A stretch of 64,000 bases of DNA from Chlorokybus atmophyticus (taxonomy: Eukaryota; Plantae; Mesostigma and Chlorokybus algae): contig RHPI01002503.1 of assembly GCA_009103225.1 (NCBI GenBank), positions 687,585-751,584 on the forward strand, given 5' to 3'. The notes beneath the pieces are model-generated. The model was not told the DNA's origin. It ran no database searches and was given only the letters and a program-made list of their open reading frames with translations. This document shows, in pieces, positions 1 to 13,075 of the stretch; the stretch's first letter is position 1, and every line of letters starts with the position of its first letter. The position numbers were made by a program, and so were the translations under genes.

Positions 1-180
1 CAGGCGGAACTATTGCCTTGAGCAGCCAGACAGTTGTACAACCGAGTAGACATGCGCTGGTGCTGTAATTTTCGCACCAGGTGTGTTGCAGGTACTGACT
101 TGCGCAGTACTTATACAAGCTATTATATCATGAATCTAATGCCAGGGCTACATTGCAGGGCTTAGCCAGCAATTACTCAC

Positions 181-2143
181 CTGTAACAACGTGCCGACCA
201 TGTTGCGCACCATTCGGTATAAAAAGGAGCGCCCCTGTGCATGCACATGTTGGCGCACATCACGACAAAAGACTGTGGCTTATGATGCACATCAGTGGCA
301 TGCACCGTTGTTCTCTCTGACCTGGACTTCAACGCGGATGCCATCCTCTATGTCAACAATATCGCAGCGCAGGATGTGGCGCACAGGATTGCGCCACGGT
401 GCATTACGATCAGGATTGGTGTTGGCGAAGGTTGAAAAGTCGTGTGAGCCAACAAAGACCGAGGCTCCCGCCCTCATCGCTTCCGCATCCAACTGAGCTG
501 CCAGGTGCAACTCAACTCACTGAACACGTCAGGCTGCACCGCCACCTGGCATGTGCACCAACATATGTGACATAGCATGCACAATCTGCATACTATGTGC
601 CGACATAGTATGCTTGCGATGATGTTATGCAACACCTCAAACACGCAGGGATCGAATGAGAGGCATGTTGTCATGATTTCCGAGCAGCGAGAGCACAACC
701 GTACCCTGGCACGATAATGCAAGCTGTACTTGTGCGTGAAGGGGTCAGCCACAGGGTGCGTGTGGATGTTGTAGTGATACGTCTTGCTCACTGGCGAGTA
801 CCTACGCGTTGGTACACAACGACGGATCAACTGAATGTTGTTATGCCCTACTACATGCTCGTTGCAACACGGATCTGCATGGAGTCAATGTAAAACCTTG
901 CGTGGAAGTCTGGATGGACGGCAACCAGGTCCCTTACACGTATGTCCAGTGGCAGCAAACCTGCATACGTGTTCCATGGTCGGATGGTCAAAACGAAGGC
1001 ATTGTTGAGAATGTGAATTGTATTGGTATAGAAAGCGAACTTACGCACCATTCAGGTTATTAAGTAGTTTCCATGTGTCCACAGGGGTGTTCGTCGAGAA
1101 GTGCACCACCTGGAATGAAGTGGCAACCAGTGGCGCTATTGGCTGTACTCGAACATCGTGCAGATACAGAAAGCTTTTTAACAAGTGTTCTTCCATATGT
1201 GTGCACCTGACCCTTGGCGTGAACGCCGCTGTCGGTGCGACCGGCTCCCATGACACGAAGCACCTCCCGGGGTTCGCGTGCCGCCGTGGTCAGTGCACGC
1301 TGCGAAGACAATGAAAACGGAGTTGAATAAGCGTACCAATGCAGTAGGTTTCGTGTTGCCAACCTGCACGCTGCTGGTGCGCACAATATATCCACAGCTA
1401 ATGTACTTGTTTGTGAATCGTCACAGATGAACATAACAGTCATCGCACAAAAGAATGCATTGCTAAGCATGCCGTGAACAGTTGCACAAGGGAAAGCGCT
1501 GTAGCGTGCCTGGCATGCAGAACATGCGCTGTGTGACGTGGCTGTTGGAAGCTTTGCATGCACCTGCACTTCGTGCATGCAACTAGCGCAGGCATGCAGC
1601 CTGCGCTATAAATTGCACAAACAACTAAGTGCGCTCAAACTGCTCTACCACGTTTCTGTTTGTAATGGCAGCTTGTCTTACCTCAAGGCAGCCCTGCACG
1701 GTGGGCTGCTTGCCCTGCAGCTGGAAGCCGTAGTATTCCGTGCCGTCATACGCCACAGTCACCCTGTACTTGTACCTAGCCCTGTAGCTGGCCGCACCCC
1801 TCTTCTCCTGCTCCAGGTTCTCCTCCCCTACACCTTCATTGTCCTCCCCTTCTACACCTTCACTATGCTTCCGCCCTTGGAGTGCAACATCTGGCCGTGC
1901 GCTGCTTCCAACTCCGCCTGCTGCTGCTGCTGCTGCTGCTTGGCCCCACGTTGCTACCTCTGCCCTCCTGCGCCGCCTCCTGGTGGTGGTCAGCCTGGTG
2001 GTGGTGCTCGAAGCCCTGCTGGCCAAGGTGCTGCCGTAGGATCGCGTCCACAGCGGAACCAATGCTGCCCTGGAGGACCACGACAGCAGGCGGGGAGGCA
2101 ACGACGTCGCCGCCGCCCGCCCTTGCGCCGTCACCGCCGCCAT
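181..2143 (-). CDS. truA: tRNA pseudouridine synthase A (TruA/Pus1 family), multi-exon, 3' end runs off the left edge; N-terminus resembles an organellar transit peptide
   Basis: Spliced exons give YRVTVAYDGTEYYGFQLQ, GAGRTDSGVHAKGQ (catalytic Asp motif), LPLDIRV..HPDFHAR, RYSPVSKTYHY, FVGSHDFSTFAN and GRSFLYRMVRNMVGTLL. GT-AG junctions seen, e.g. donor at 1681 and exon 1299-1207. Confidence 0.93.
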
Positions 2144-2955
2144 TGTCGATGGCAGACTTGTGCTCTACCTGCTTGATGGTATTGTTCTTGGGCTTCAGGG
2201 CGCTCTCGGCGGCAGCTGCGGCGGCATAACGGACAACAAGGAGAAGCAGAGAGAGTAGCAGTAGAAGGAATGCCCAAACCATCAGGGCGACAGCGACGGT
2301 AGCCATGAGCAGCAGGAGGACGAGAAGGCACAGAAGGCGGACAGCTGAGGAAGCTAGCTAGCTCTGCTTGTAAGGTGAGGGAAGATTTGCTGAGAAAAAC
2401 CAACATAGGCGGTCATGTACATGACCGAGTAGTGTCAGGGCCACTTCAGCATTTGTCAGCTCACAGCCTGCAATGGTTAAATACTTCAACATGATTAATG
2501 GGCTGCCCTCTATTGTCCCGTCACATCACTCGTCGTGCTGCCACATGCTACACGCTTGGGCAGTGCGTACGTTGCAAAGCTGTTTCGTTGCGCTTCCATG
2601 TGCAGTGCACCTGAAACACTTGGTGCTGACGATGATGATGTCCGTCACGATCTGCTTTGGCCCACCACTGCCTTATCGTACTCGCCCCCGTCAAAGCAAT
2701 ATGTATAGCGAATTGGCTGACATTGATCGTAGTCTTTTTCGCTGCTCAGCTCAATCAATCCACATGCTGTGCTGTGCTTAATGCGGTCCCCTTTTGCAGA
2801 AACATGTTGCTGTTGCTAATGGCATGTTACACGTATAAGTGTACATATAGTAGGGTATGCCCTTGTTGCATGCATGTATGGGGTAGCTATTGCTGCTTAA
2901 GCAACGGAAGCTCAGCCCCAACACAACATCACTTCCTGCTAGGCCTGCCACAGCA

Positions 2956-3798
2956 ATGCGCTCTCATGTCGCGGGTGCGCGTGCATGGTGCGTACTTGCG
3001 GGTGTCCTCGGCGCCCTGGCCTCCGTCCTTGGCAAACTTGCGGGCACCTTGTTTCCTGATAAAGACACGAATGCTAAGGTGGGCGCACGCACACTCGATG
3101 GAGTTGGCACGTATGTAATTATTACACTCTTCACGCACGAGCATGTGCACCTGCTATGAATGCACATGTACGCACACATGCACGCACGCATGTGTGTGTG
3201 TGTGTGTGTGTGTGGTGGTGCGTGGTGGTGGTGGTGGGAGGGAGCAGCATACAGCCGCTTGAGGCGTACGTGACTGGTACGTGCAAGGAGTGTGTCGGGT
3301 AGGAAGGTTGAAGGGGAAAGGTGCAGGCAAGCAGGCAGGATGGCATGTGTCAGGCAGACCTGTGAGCTGGCTGCACGCACATTGCACACGCATGCATGAC
3401 TTGGACAAGAACCTATCTGTGGACACAACGTGGCAAAGGCAGGGTGTCATGGGTGCAGGTGGTGCTGTCTGTGGTGTTGTACGCTGCGGTGGTGGGGTGC
3501 AACGTGCTGATGTGGAGCGTGCACGTGCGCGGCCTCGCCTCCTTGCCCTCCCTCCAGGCCACCGCCATCAACTTTGCCTCCAACTTCCTTGCCGGGGGAG
3601 CGCTTGGAATGCTGCTGTTTCATGAAACTTTACCTCTCAAGGTGGCTTACAAGCAACAATGCGTTGGCTTTTTCGGGAGAAGGCATTGCTCTGACCGTGA
3701 TCTCATCGTTTGTTGTGTCAGTGGTGGCTTGGTGCATCATGCATTTCCCTCGGAGTGTTACTGCTGAACAAAGCAAGCAGAGAGGAGAAACAGGCTGA
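2956..3798 (+). CDS. TMEM42: Transmembrane protein 42-like (DMT/EamA-related small membrane protein); 3' end uncertain
   Basis: Exon 2956-3078 (LAGVLGALASVLGKLA) joins in phase 0 to an exon from 3459 (CNVLMWSVHVRGLASLPSLQATAINFASNFLAGGALGMLLFHETLPLK). This matches the TMEM42 pattern GAFGALAAASAKLA / NSLMWTFFSRGL. Confidence 0.75.
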
Positions 3799-4668
3799 TG
3801 CGGACCCAAAGAGCGCGTGACAATATATTGCGTTCTTGTTGCAGCAGTTATCTTCAAGCATGCCACGACAGCAAAGGTCAGGTACATGACCCAACTTGTT
3901 GAAACTGAGGAAACTGACAGACAGGTCATGGTGTTGGCATTCGTCGCAGCATCCTGTGTGGCGCAAATGCTTGCCCTTGTCAATATGTATTCACCCATTG
4001 TGTCCCGGTGTGCAGGATACAGCTCACATTTGGCCAATCACCTGCAACCCATATGTGCCTGCAATGAATCCAGCCCCTGCTTCTGTTAGAGCCAGCAGGG
4101 GTTGCGTTTGGTTCTGCAGCAGGCTGGGCCCAGTTTGAGCTACTACGCCTACCACTTTTGCAGATGTACACTACATCATGTAGCTATGCTTGCTTGGTGT
4201 TGTAACTGTTCATATTGTGAGTATGGTCGTTGCTAGCTGTGGTTGGTATAGATACGTTACGGTTCATGTTTCACCTGTAGCACCTTACATTCTTTATTTC
4301 ACACCAAGTACGGATGTGATTGCCCGGCGCCCATGAGGTTTGTGTGACACACTGCTTAGCAGCATATGGAGCAGCCTACCTGCTGCTGGTTCTTGTTGAC
4401 TATGAAGGCCACATGCCCTAGGACGTGCGCCTTAAGCCATGTGTTGTAGACCTCAGCAACTGCCAGTGCACTCTTGTGCACAGCCATCAGTGTGGTACTG
4501 ATTGCAATGTATGATTGCGCTGTATGTGTTCATACTTGGAAATTATGACATCCCCAACCGCAGTTGATCTTATTTGCTGGTGCACACAAACTTGTGGAGC
4601 CAGTGGCGCCGCGCAGGAGACGCGCAGGTGGACAGTAACAGCCATATACATATACATACGCCGGATGG

Positions 4669-7600
4669 CTAGTCGCTATCACTGTTGTCTGCAGCACTGT
4701 ACCTGTGACCAGACCTCGCACTGCTTCCACTACTATAACTACTACTTAGGACTACTTCGCCAATGTGGCGAGGCTGGCTTGCAAACCTGAACTGCTGCTC
4801 CAAGGCTTCGCGTGCCACAGGGACAACTTCCCCTGGCTCGGGTTGGCTGGGTGATATCTGCTGGCTGGATGATACACTGCCCAAACTTGCAGACACTAGC
4901 GGGCTGCTGCTGGGAAGAGACTCCGGGACACGCACTTCACCTACATGAGACAATCAGCAACGTTGAGGACCGGTGTTGTATACCAAGGAATGACAATCCA
5001 CCAGACACATGCATGGCTGCAGCAAGCAACATACCTTCAGCCGCATCGCTGTCCATTGACATGTTGGGATGCAGGTCTTGAGCACTACTTGACTGTGCGC
5101 CTTGCTGGGTCCCAAATGTCATTCCCGCAGCAGGGGAGGTGCCAAAGCCAAACTGCGTGTACATTCGCAAGGTAGAAGGCGCCACCTGCCCGGCACTCAG
5201 CCCCGAGCTGCTCGTGGACTGATTCAGTGGCCGCAGAGCGTTTGGACGGACTTCACCCAATGATAGACTGTTGCTTTGCTCCTCAAAGGAAAGACGAGGG
5301 TCCTTCCCATCATCATCGGGTTGATGCGTCATAGGCGGTTGAGCTGAGGTCTGGCTCCTTTTTGAAGCCCCAGCAGAGGTCCTGGGACTGGTCGTGGCAT
5401 CCACAAGTTGATGTGAGATAACAGTTGGTTCCAGTATGACCTCATGTCTTACTACAACTTCTTCAACGGCCTCTGCAACAGCGACAACAGGCTTCTCTTC
5501 CATCTGCACTGCCGGGGTCTGCGCAGCTTCCCGGAACAACCGCATGTCTGGCAGGTCCAGGGACGAGCTGCTGCTGAGAGTGGAGGGAGTCCTGGGGCTG
5601 CCCCTACCGCGATCTCTCCTCCTGTCTGGGATAGACTCGGGACTGCTGAGCGGATACTCTGATTGCAGACCTACTGTGTGCGTAGCTATGCGCATGGTGT
5701 CTGTTCTGATGGTTGATGTCGATGCTACAGCTACCTTGTGCGTCTGTGATGGTTGAGTTTGAGCCCGAGCCTCGGACTGAGCTTGAGCTTGAGCTGAAGT
5801 CGAAGTCTGAGGCCACTCAGGCACAATCGGCTGCTGCGCAGCTCCTGGAGCAGCTGCAAAACCAGGTGCTATGGAACTTCCAACTGGAGGTCCCACGACA
5901 GGCCCAGCGCCAAACCCTCCGTAGTACATTGGCAGGAACCAAGGGCCTGAGGGCAGAAAAGATGATGATGCCGTATGTCCCAGCACGGGACCTGCCGCGG
6001 GTGGTGCTGGGACACTCTCGGCACTTTGCAGATCAACGGTGGACGGCGCAGCAGCAGCTGCTGTTGGGACTGGTTCAGGATCTTGAGACGGAGGGGATCC
6101 TGGGATCTGACTGCCTACTTTGCGCACGGGGCGCCTTGGCGTGGTGGCCGGGGAGGCCGGCATGCTCGTGCTTGTGCCTTGGATCCTGACTTTGGGTACT
6201 GGCGGAGGTCCTGAGGGCGGGCGGGGAGGAGGCACGGGGCCCGGCTTGGGAGCGGGAGCAACCGCTGTGCCCAAGGCAGACTCCATGGTGGCTTCTGCTG
6301 CAATGCTCGCCACATCCATCTCAGCCTCCTGCTCTGCTGCAGCTGCAACCTCACCCAGCTCTGTCCTCCGCTCCTCAGCTGCTGCAGCCTGAGCACCCAA
6401 CAGCTTCAATGAAAGTCGGATTAGGAACGCTCACACAGTCTCCATCATTATGTTGTTGATGCAACACTGTGCTGATGTATGCAACGCAGCAATCCAACAT
6501 AAACAGTAGTCCCTACCTGTGGCTGCAGCGGCTTGATGTCAGAAGCATACGCATCTATTCTGGTCGTGGGTGGGGTTTCTGGACGTCTCGCAAGCGATGG
6601 AGCTAGGCCAAGAGTTCGGGGACCAGCTTTTGGCACCGGAGCGCGGGCTGAACTCAGTCGAGGTGGTGGTGCAAAAGCCGGTCCTGCCTTCTTCAGCTTG
6701 CCCTCAGGTCCCAGAACCTGCCAAACCCGTGGTGGCTTTGCATGGGACTGCGCGCCAGACTTCGGGGCAGTTTGGGGTTCAGCTGGCTTCACAGTCCGGC
6801 CAAAGGCTGCGTTGGCATTTCTCCTTTCCTTCAGCGGCTCGGGCTTTGGGACGCGCTCAGGACTTGGTTGGCGGGGCTGCTGAGGGTCCTTCCTTTCCCT
6901 CACGGCAGCAGCAGGAGCTCCCCTTTTCGGTTCGGGTTTGGGAGTGAACACAGGGATGGGGGCAGAGGCTGGGGCGGAGTCCTCAGAGGAGGTCACGATG
7001 AGGGACCTTGGAAATCTCCCTACATACAAGTCTGCCGTGACGCCTGCCACGCGCGCTTCAATCTCCTGCTTGAGGCGGACTATGTCATCATCCTGCGAGG
7101 ACACAGATACAGCCAAGTCCATGTCACACAGATGACAACTGCCAAGAATACAAACTCAGCGGGTCACTGAAGACAGCGAGGACCGCATCATTGTGTGCTG
7201 GGTCAATGCATGGACCACGATGCGCAGCAGGCACGCACCGTGATGGGTGGGTGCCAAGCATGCAAAGATTAGGAACAACACGCTAGATGAGCATTGCTGA
7301 CTCACCGCATCATCTAGTATATTGTCGTTTGTGGTGTTGCTTGCAGCACACCTGATGTTCAGATCTAGGCGAGCGCGCTCATTCACAAGCTCTTGTATAG
7401 CCTGGTCACAAGCATCCTGTCATACAATGCTGCAGAGCAAAACACACCCAACCAGCAGATACACTTGCCTGCAGCGCGCCCGCATAATCATACTTCCCGC
7501 CCAGGCACTGCTCCACAGTGCTCCTGACTTGATTGGTGAGGCTTGACCAACGCCCCTCATCTTGGCTATAAAGCTTGGCTGCAAACACAACCAGTCAGTC

Positions 7601-10510
7601 ACAGTTTGGTGACAAGAGGCTGGTGAGAACAATGAGGCTTGCCAAGAGGTGGACCACAGCCTTCTGTGATGACAAACACTCACCCACGTCAGTTCGCAAT
7701 GCATGGGACTGTCTCGCAAAAGCAGAGTTTGCTGGAAAATACTTTGAAAGGTCCAGAGTCTCCTCCTGCAGCACAACTTCGGGTTCCGAGAGCGTATCTT
7801 CAGGCGGCTTGCTTGGTCCTGCAACAGCAGCTGCTTGCGCACTACTGCTGGGAGCAGTATCCAGAAGTCCTGAACCGGGCATTGTGATGCTAGCAGATGC
7901 GGGTTCAGGTGTTGAATCCTGGACCTGTGCTCTGAGACCTGAGGCAGATGCTTTGGTATTGGGTATTTGTGGTCTGGGAGCAACCAACGAACCGGCCAGG
8001 TTGCTAGGTCCTGCTTTGGGTCTCGTGATTCCCCTGGCTGCTGCTGGAAGGGGTGGCTTCAAGGAAGGATATGTGCGCTGTTGTACTGTTTGCTCCAACT
8101 GCATCAGACGCTGCTCCAGAGACACCTGCCCAAATGACAATTACATTGGCAACGTACCACCACAAGTCACACGCAACAACACGCTTACCTGCAAGGATCG
8201 AATGAGTGAGCTTGCGTCTTCTGGAGCTGCTCGCCTGGCCGGCATTCCATCCCCATCTTGAGAGGAGGCTGGTCCCCCAGGCCTGTCTTGCTCGGGCCTG
8301 TCCGGCCTGGCCTGGTCAGGTGCATCACCACGGACCCTGTGGAGGTCCTCTGCAACTAGGGTGGAGACTACGGGTTGGTGGGCAGCCTGTCGTGCTGCGC
8401 TTATGTCCATAAGCCTGTTGTGTGCAGGGTCGGGCTGCTCGGGAATGGGTCTCAATGGTGCAGGAGGCATCTGTTGAATAACAGCACGCTCTGTTGCTGC
8501 ATGATTGATGCCCGATGATGATGGCATAGATGCAGCGTGGCTGCGCCTGCGCTTCCGCCGCGGATCTACTGTATGGCTGAAAGGAGCACTCGGTCTGGCT
8601 GTGTTTGAATCCACTTGAAAAAGTAGTGTGTCTGGCCCAGGCGTTGGCCATGACAATGTCGGCCTAGTACTCACGTCCTTTGCGTTGATTCCCCCAGCTG
8701 CAGATGACGGGCCTGCAGTCGCCTGCACTGCCTCCGACCTATACTCCAGACCTCCTTTGGCACCATCAACCGAGGTTGATGGTGATTCAACCAGATTTAA
8801 TGCAAATGCCTCCAGGCTTGGCAGGGAATACTCGTACAGCGCCTGCATGCAAATTGGTGATTGAGATATGCTAGAGGTAGGACTGCACTAGCAAGGTGGA
8901 GTGATGCACATGCGCACCTGTAGCACTTCCTGCAATTGGTCACGAGCTTTGGCCAGTGCAGTGCTTCCATCCTTCACTGGGGCCATGTGCGCGCGTGCAT
9001 AAGTAGGAGGTTCTTGAAAAGGGTTAGCTTGGCTCAATGCAAAAGGATCGCTGGTTTTAGATCTGCAGGTATGCTGGTCGTGCAGTTGAGTTGTGGGGGC
9101 GGCTCGTGCTTGGTGGTGGGATTCGCGCCGAATTGGGCCAACCGCAGTTGTGTGAGCAGAGGGCTGTTCTGGAACAGGGCTGGATTGGTTATTGGGGAAA
9201 CTTGCAGAATGTTCTTTAGCATCGGGACTGGGCGGCGCAGATTGCAAGCAGTCCTGAAGTGATGCTCCTGCTTGAGCACGACCTTCAGAAAATACTGGAC
9301 TCGTGGCAGCTTCAACAGGCGGCTCTGGTATAGCATCAGTTTGCTGGTCGTGGTCGTGGCTCATTGTAGGCTGGTCCAATTGGGCCCCGCCGCGCTGGGC
9401 AGAATGCAGGCGGTCCCATAGTGCGGCTCTTTCTTGCTGGAGGGCTTCGAGCAAGACTGGGCTGACGATATCTGCTGCTGGGTCTGCAGCATCGAAACCT
9501 TCCGCGGGTTCCGGAGCCTCTGTTGAGATGCAGAAGCAGAATTATACAATGCTCATGATGTTTGCAACCGCGAAGACACAAGCTAGCAAAATGCTCAGGA
9601 CAAGCTTGAAGTACGCGAAGTTGTGATGGCCAGATATGCGACATCTATACGATCGCATGGAGTCGAGTAGACTAACACATGCACATGACTCCACAGGTGC
9701 ATGACCTAGCCAGCAGGACTACGCATGAGTGTGTGAGCACATGCACCAACATGTACGTGCGCACTGGCTAGTCACCTGCGCTGACGCATGTAAATGAACC
9801 AGACGCTCAAATAGCAACGCAAGTGCAGATACTCCTGCCCTTACGGGTCTTGCACAGATTACGTACGTGTCCATGCAAGAGAAACAGAGAAATCACCAAA
9901 TGCACCTTATTGTTTTGCAACTGCATTGTTGCGAAACATATAAGAATGTGTACAAAAACAAGTAACACGTTTTCGCACTCACATGAAGCAAGATATAGAC
10001 TTCGTTGAAGTTATAGACAAACAAAGCTGCATACATCCTAACACATCAGAAGTACTCCCAAATGCAAGCAGTTAGGATATAGTTCTAGTTTCTTAGAGCA
10101 ACACAAGCACACGTTTCCCTCAATCCACTTCGCCTAAAATATTGAGGTAGATTGATTGATAGACCCTTTAAGCACTCACTAACGGTCTGATCTTCTGCCA
10201 GCTCCGGCTCCGGCTCCGGCTCCGGCGCCTGCGCCTGTGCCAGCGCCTGCGCCTGCGCCTGCGACACCATCACGGTCCCGAACCCGCTCCACGCCAGCTC
10301 CAGGGCGGCGCTGTCCCTGGCGTCCTGGTCGGTATCGCAGTCCAGGTCCCATGCTTCCGGCGGGGCGGCGGTCACCTGGGCCTGGGGCACCCGCTTAGGG
10401 TTAGGCCGAACCCAGGGGCTGAACGCTTTCAGCTCCCGGGTGAAGCGGCGGTGCTCCGCCATGACCATAGCGAGGGCGGCGGTGCCTCCACCGCCCCCGT
10501 CGCGGGCCAT
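4669..10510 (-). CDS. Large multi-exon Ser/Pro/Ala/Gln-rich protein of unknown function with short coiled-coil segments
   Basis: Chain of long same-strand ORFs (10085-10684, 8888-9454, 8141-8848, 7595-8140, 6448-7122, 4937-6409, 4669-4953) separated by short GT-AG bounded gaps. Start at 10510 (MARDGGG) is inferred. No domain recognised. Confidence 0.6.
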
Positions 10511-11423
10511 CAGAACCTCGGCGCCCTCCGCCGCCGCCGACGCCTCATTGAGGACAATAAGCCCCGCGCAGGCTCCACGTGGCAGGACAGAAATTTTGAA
10601 TTGATTGGTCGACAGCTCGGAAGTCAGCCGTTGGAAGGGTGAATTTGGCCACACTTCAGCAAGATGCAACATGTTATGGCCCATGATAACTGATCACTTT
10701 ATGCCAATGATAACTTGGTGCCAATACTTACCGTGCTTACCCAATCACAATCCCCGCAACTTAGGCCCGGTACGCACAGACTTTTAGCGTCAACCCCTCT
10801 TAAAGACCTTCTCAAAGGGGTCGTAAGCCCTAACAGGGGTAGGGGCCTTAAAAGTGAAACGCACTGCCCCTCTTAAGGGTGCCAAACCTCGTAAACCCTA
10901 CAATGGCTACACGTGGCCCAATCAAGTGCCTCCACCGCTTCCAACGTGGCACTGGACGTGTAGCAGGTAGCTGGCGGTCTGGTCGGCGGTGGCGGCGGCA
11001 AGGATGGGGCGGCGGCGACGAGGGGAGGGGGAGAGGGGAAGGAAAGGTGTTTGCTGAGCGCAGGGGAGAAGCTGTGTTTTTATGGGTGGCGGCAAATACG
11101 TTGTGAGGTGGTAGGTGCAGGCGGCGTTGGCGCAGTGGGATGGAGGCGGCGGAGGGGTTGGAAGGGGCGGGGTGTTTGTCCACGGAGGACGCTGGTCAGG
11201 ACGGCCATGTTTTCAGAGAGGTGCGCCTCTTTCAACTAGTGTTCATATCCACCTTAACCACATGCATCATGCGTTTTCGCATGCACTGTGTGTTTTTGGT
11301 TTTTCTTTTCTGTTTGCCTGTTCTGCATGTGGTAAGACCGACCTCATCATGTTGTGTATGTTCATTACTAAGAAAGCTTTGTACATCACAATGCGCACTA
11401 CTGTATGCACTGTGCGTTGAGTA

Positions 11424-12855
11424 ATGCATCACGTGTTTTGCTCACGAAGTGCATTTTACGTATGCCAGGTCCGCAGTCGCCACATTGTGGCTGTGGTAGT
11501 CTCGACAATGATGCTTGTCAGAAGCTGGCGTGCGAGACGCATGCGAAGCATGCGACGTCTCATGCTGATGCGCAAAAGAAAGCTGCTCATGCTAGTTGCC
11601 TATTTGCAAAGCATGTGCATTGCATGTGCTAGCCGCGCGGAGGGTAGAAGTATGTGGTATGTGTTTCCAAGGCAGAGAGTTTGGTGGGAAATCATGGTCA
11701 GTAACATTTGGACAGATGCACTGTGGGTTATGCATTTCCGAATGAAGAGAGCAACATTCTATCGCTTGGTTGCTCGTGTGCAAGAACTTGGGAAGCAAGA
11801 CACAAACTGGAAGTGTGCTGTACCACTAGACAAACGCGTTGGCATTGCCATTTATTGGCTAGCGCATGGTGCAGGTTATAGGCAAATTGCAGAGCTGTTT
11901 GGACAAGGTGTCATGACAGTCGCAGATATTGTACATGAGTTTTGTAAGTTGATGTATGTGAAGAGGAAGCAATTCATATCATGGCCTGATAGCAACCGGT
12001 TGCGCGCAATCATGGCGAGGTTTCAAGTAGCCAAAGGCTTCGCTGGTTGTTGTGGAGCAATTGATGGTTCACACATTCCAATCACCAAACCACGATGCCC
12101 ACAAGCACCTGAGTATTACAACCGCAAAGGGTTCTACAGCATGCAGTTGCAGGCAAGTGAAGGTCCACATGAAACGTATGCACATGCATGCGTGTTGTGA
12201 GCGCCACTATGTTCTAACTATCTGCAACAGGGTGTAGTTGATCTTCAGAAACGGTTTCTTGACGTCTTCATTGCCTTTCCTGGTAGCACGCACGACGCTC
12301 GCGTCTTTTCATGATCTCCTCTTGGCCAAGCCATCAATGGTGGCGACATTTTGCAGGATGTCTCAATCCGCCTGCCAACTGGTATGACTGCCAAGCCATG
12401 CAGCTGCTCATGAACACATCAACATCTTACGTGTGGGCGTGTTGTCAGGTGTGGATGTGAAGCCATATCTCATAGGTGATGCGGGCTACCCATGCAGGGA
12501 GAACCTAATCACTCCGTACCCTGGGGTGCGAGGAGGGGGGCACTTGCCGGAGCTGCAACAACGTTTCAACTTCAACCATTCGTCTGCGCGCATGTGTATT
12601 GAGCATGCATTTGGGCTATTAAAGCAACGCTGGCAGCTTTTGAAGTCCGATATGGCAATAGGCTTGCATGAGATTACGGTGACTGTTACCGTTGCGTGTG
12701 CGTTGCATAACTTTCTGACTGATTGTAACGAAGTTGAGCCCGAGTTGGACCATGAAGAAGAGGAAGATGATGACGGCATGCAACGCGAGGGCAACGGTGA
12801 TCCGAATGATAATGGTGCTGCCATTCGCGACGCATTAGCAGCCATGTGGGCATGA
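11424..12855 (+). pseudogene. Harbinger (HARBI1-like, DDE_Tnp_4) transposase with one in-frame TGA
   Basis: Motifs FRMKRATF, LDKRVGIAIYWLAHG, GAIDGSHIPI, YYNRKGFYSMQLQ|GVVD, FPGSTHDARVF, LIGDAGYP, RMCIEHAFGLLKQRW. Introns 12153-12230 (GC-AG) and 12382-12448. TGA at 12312-12314 in the middle exon. Start codon uncertain. Confidence 0.9.
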
Positions 12856-13075
12856 GTAGCATATGACACTGATGACCATGATGCTGGGTGCTTTTGCTGC
12901 TACTGCTTGCATTGTAAGTGGCCGCTGAGCTTGCAAAGACTTCACCATCAAATTGTTGATAAGAATGCATGTGCCTACACTGGTGCGACCAAGGTGTTAC
13001 AACTATGCATACACACAATATTGTGCTTGCAACCTTGTTATTTGCTACCATGAAGGCATGCTACTACAACATGGA

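Noticed and set aside
7575-8261. Long antisense ORFs opposite real exons (also 59498-60076, 60582-61279, 38484-38963)
   Set aside because: Expected shadows of GC-rich, low-complexity coding sequence on the other strand.
9690-9780. Imperfect inverted repeat CAGGTG..TAGCCAG / CTGGCTAGTCACCTG in an intron
   Set aside because: Short, gapped and within GCATG-rich sequence; compatible with chance.
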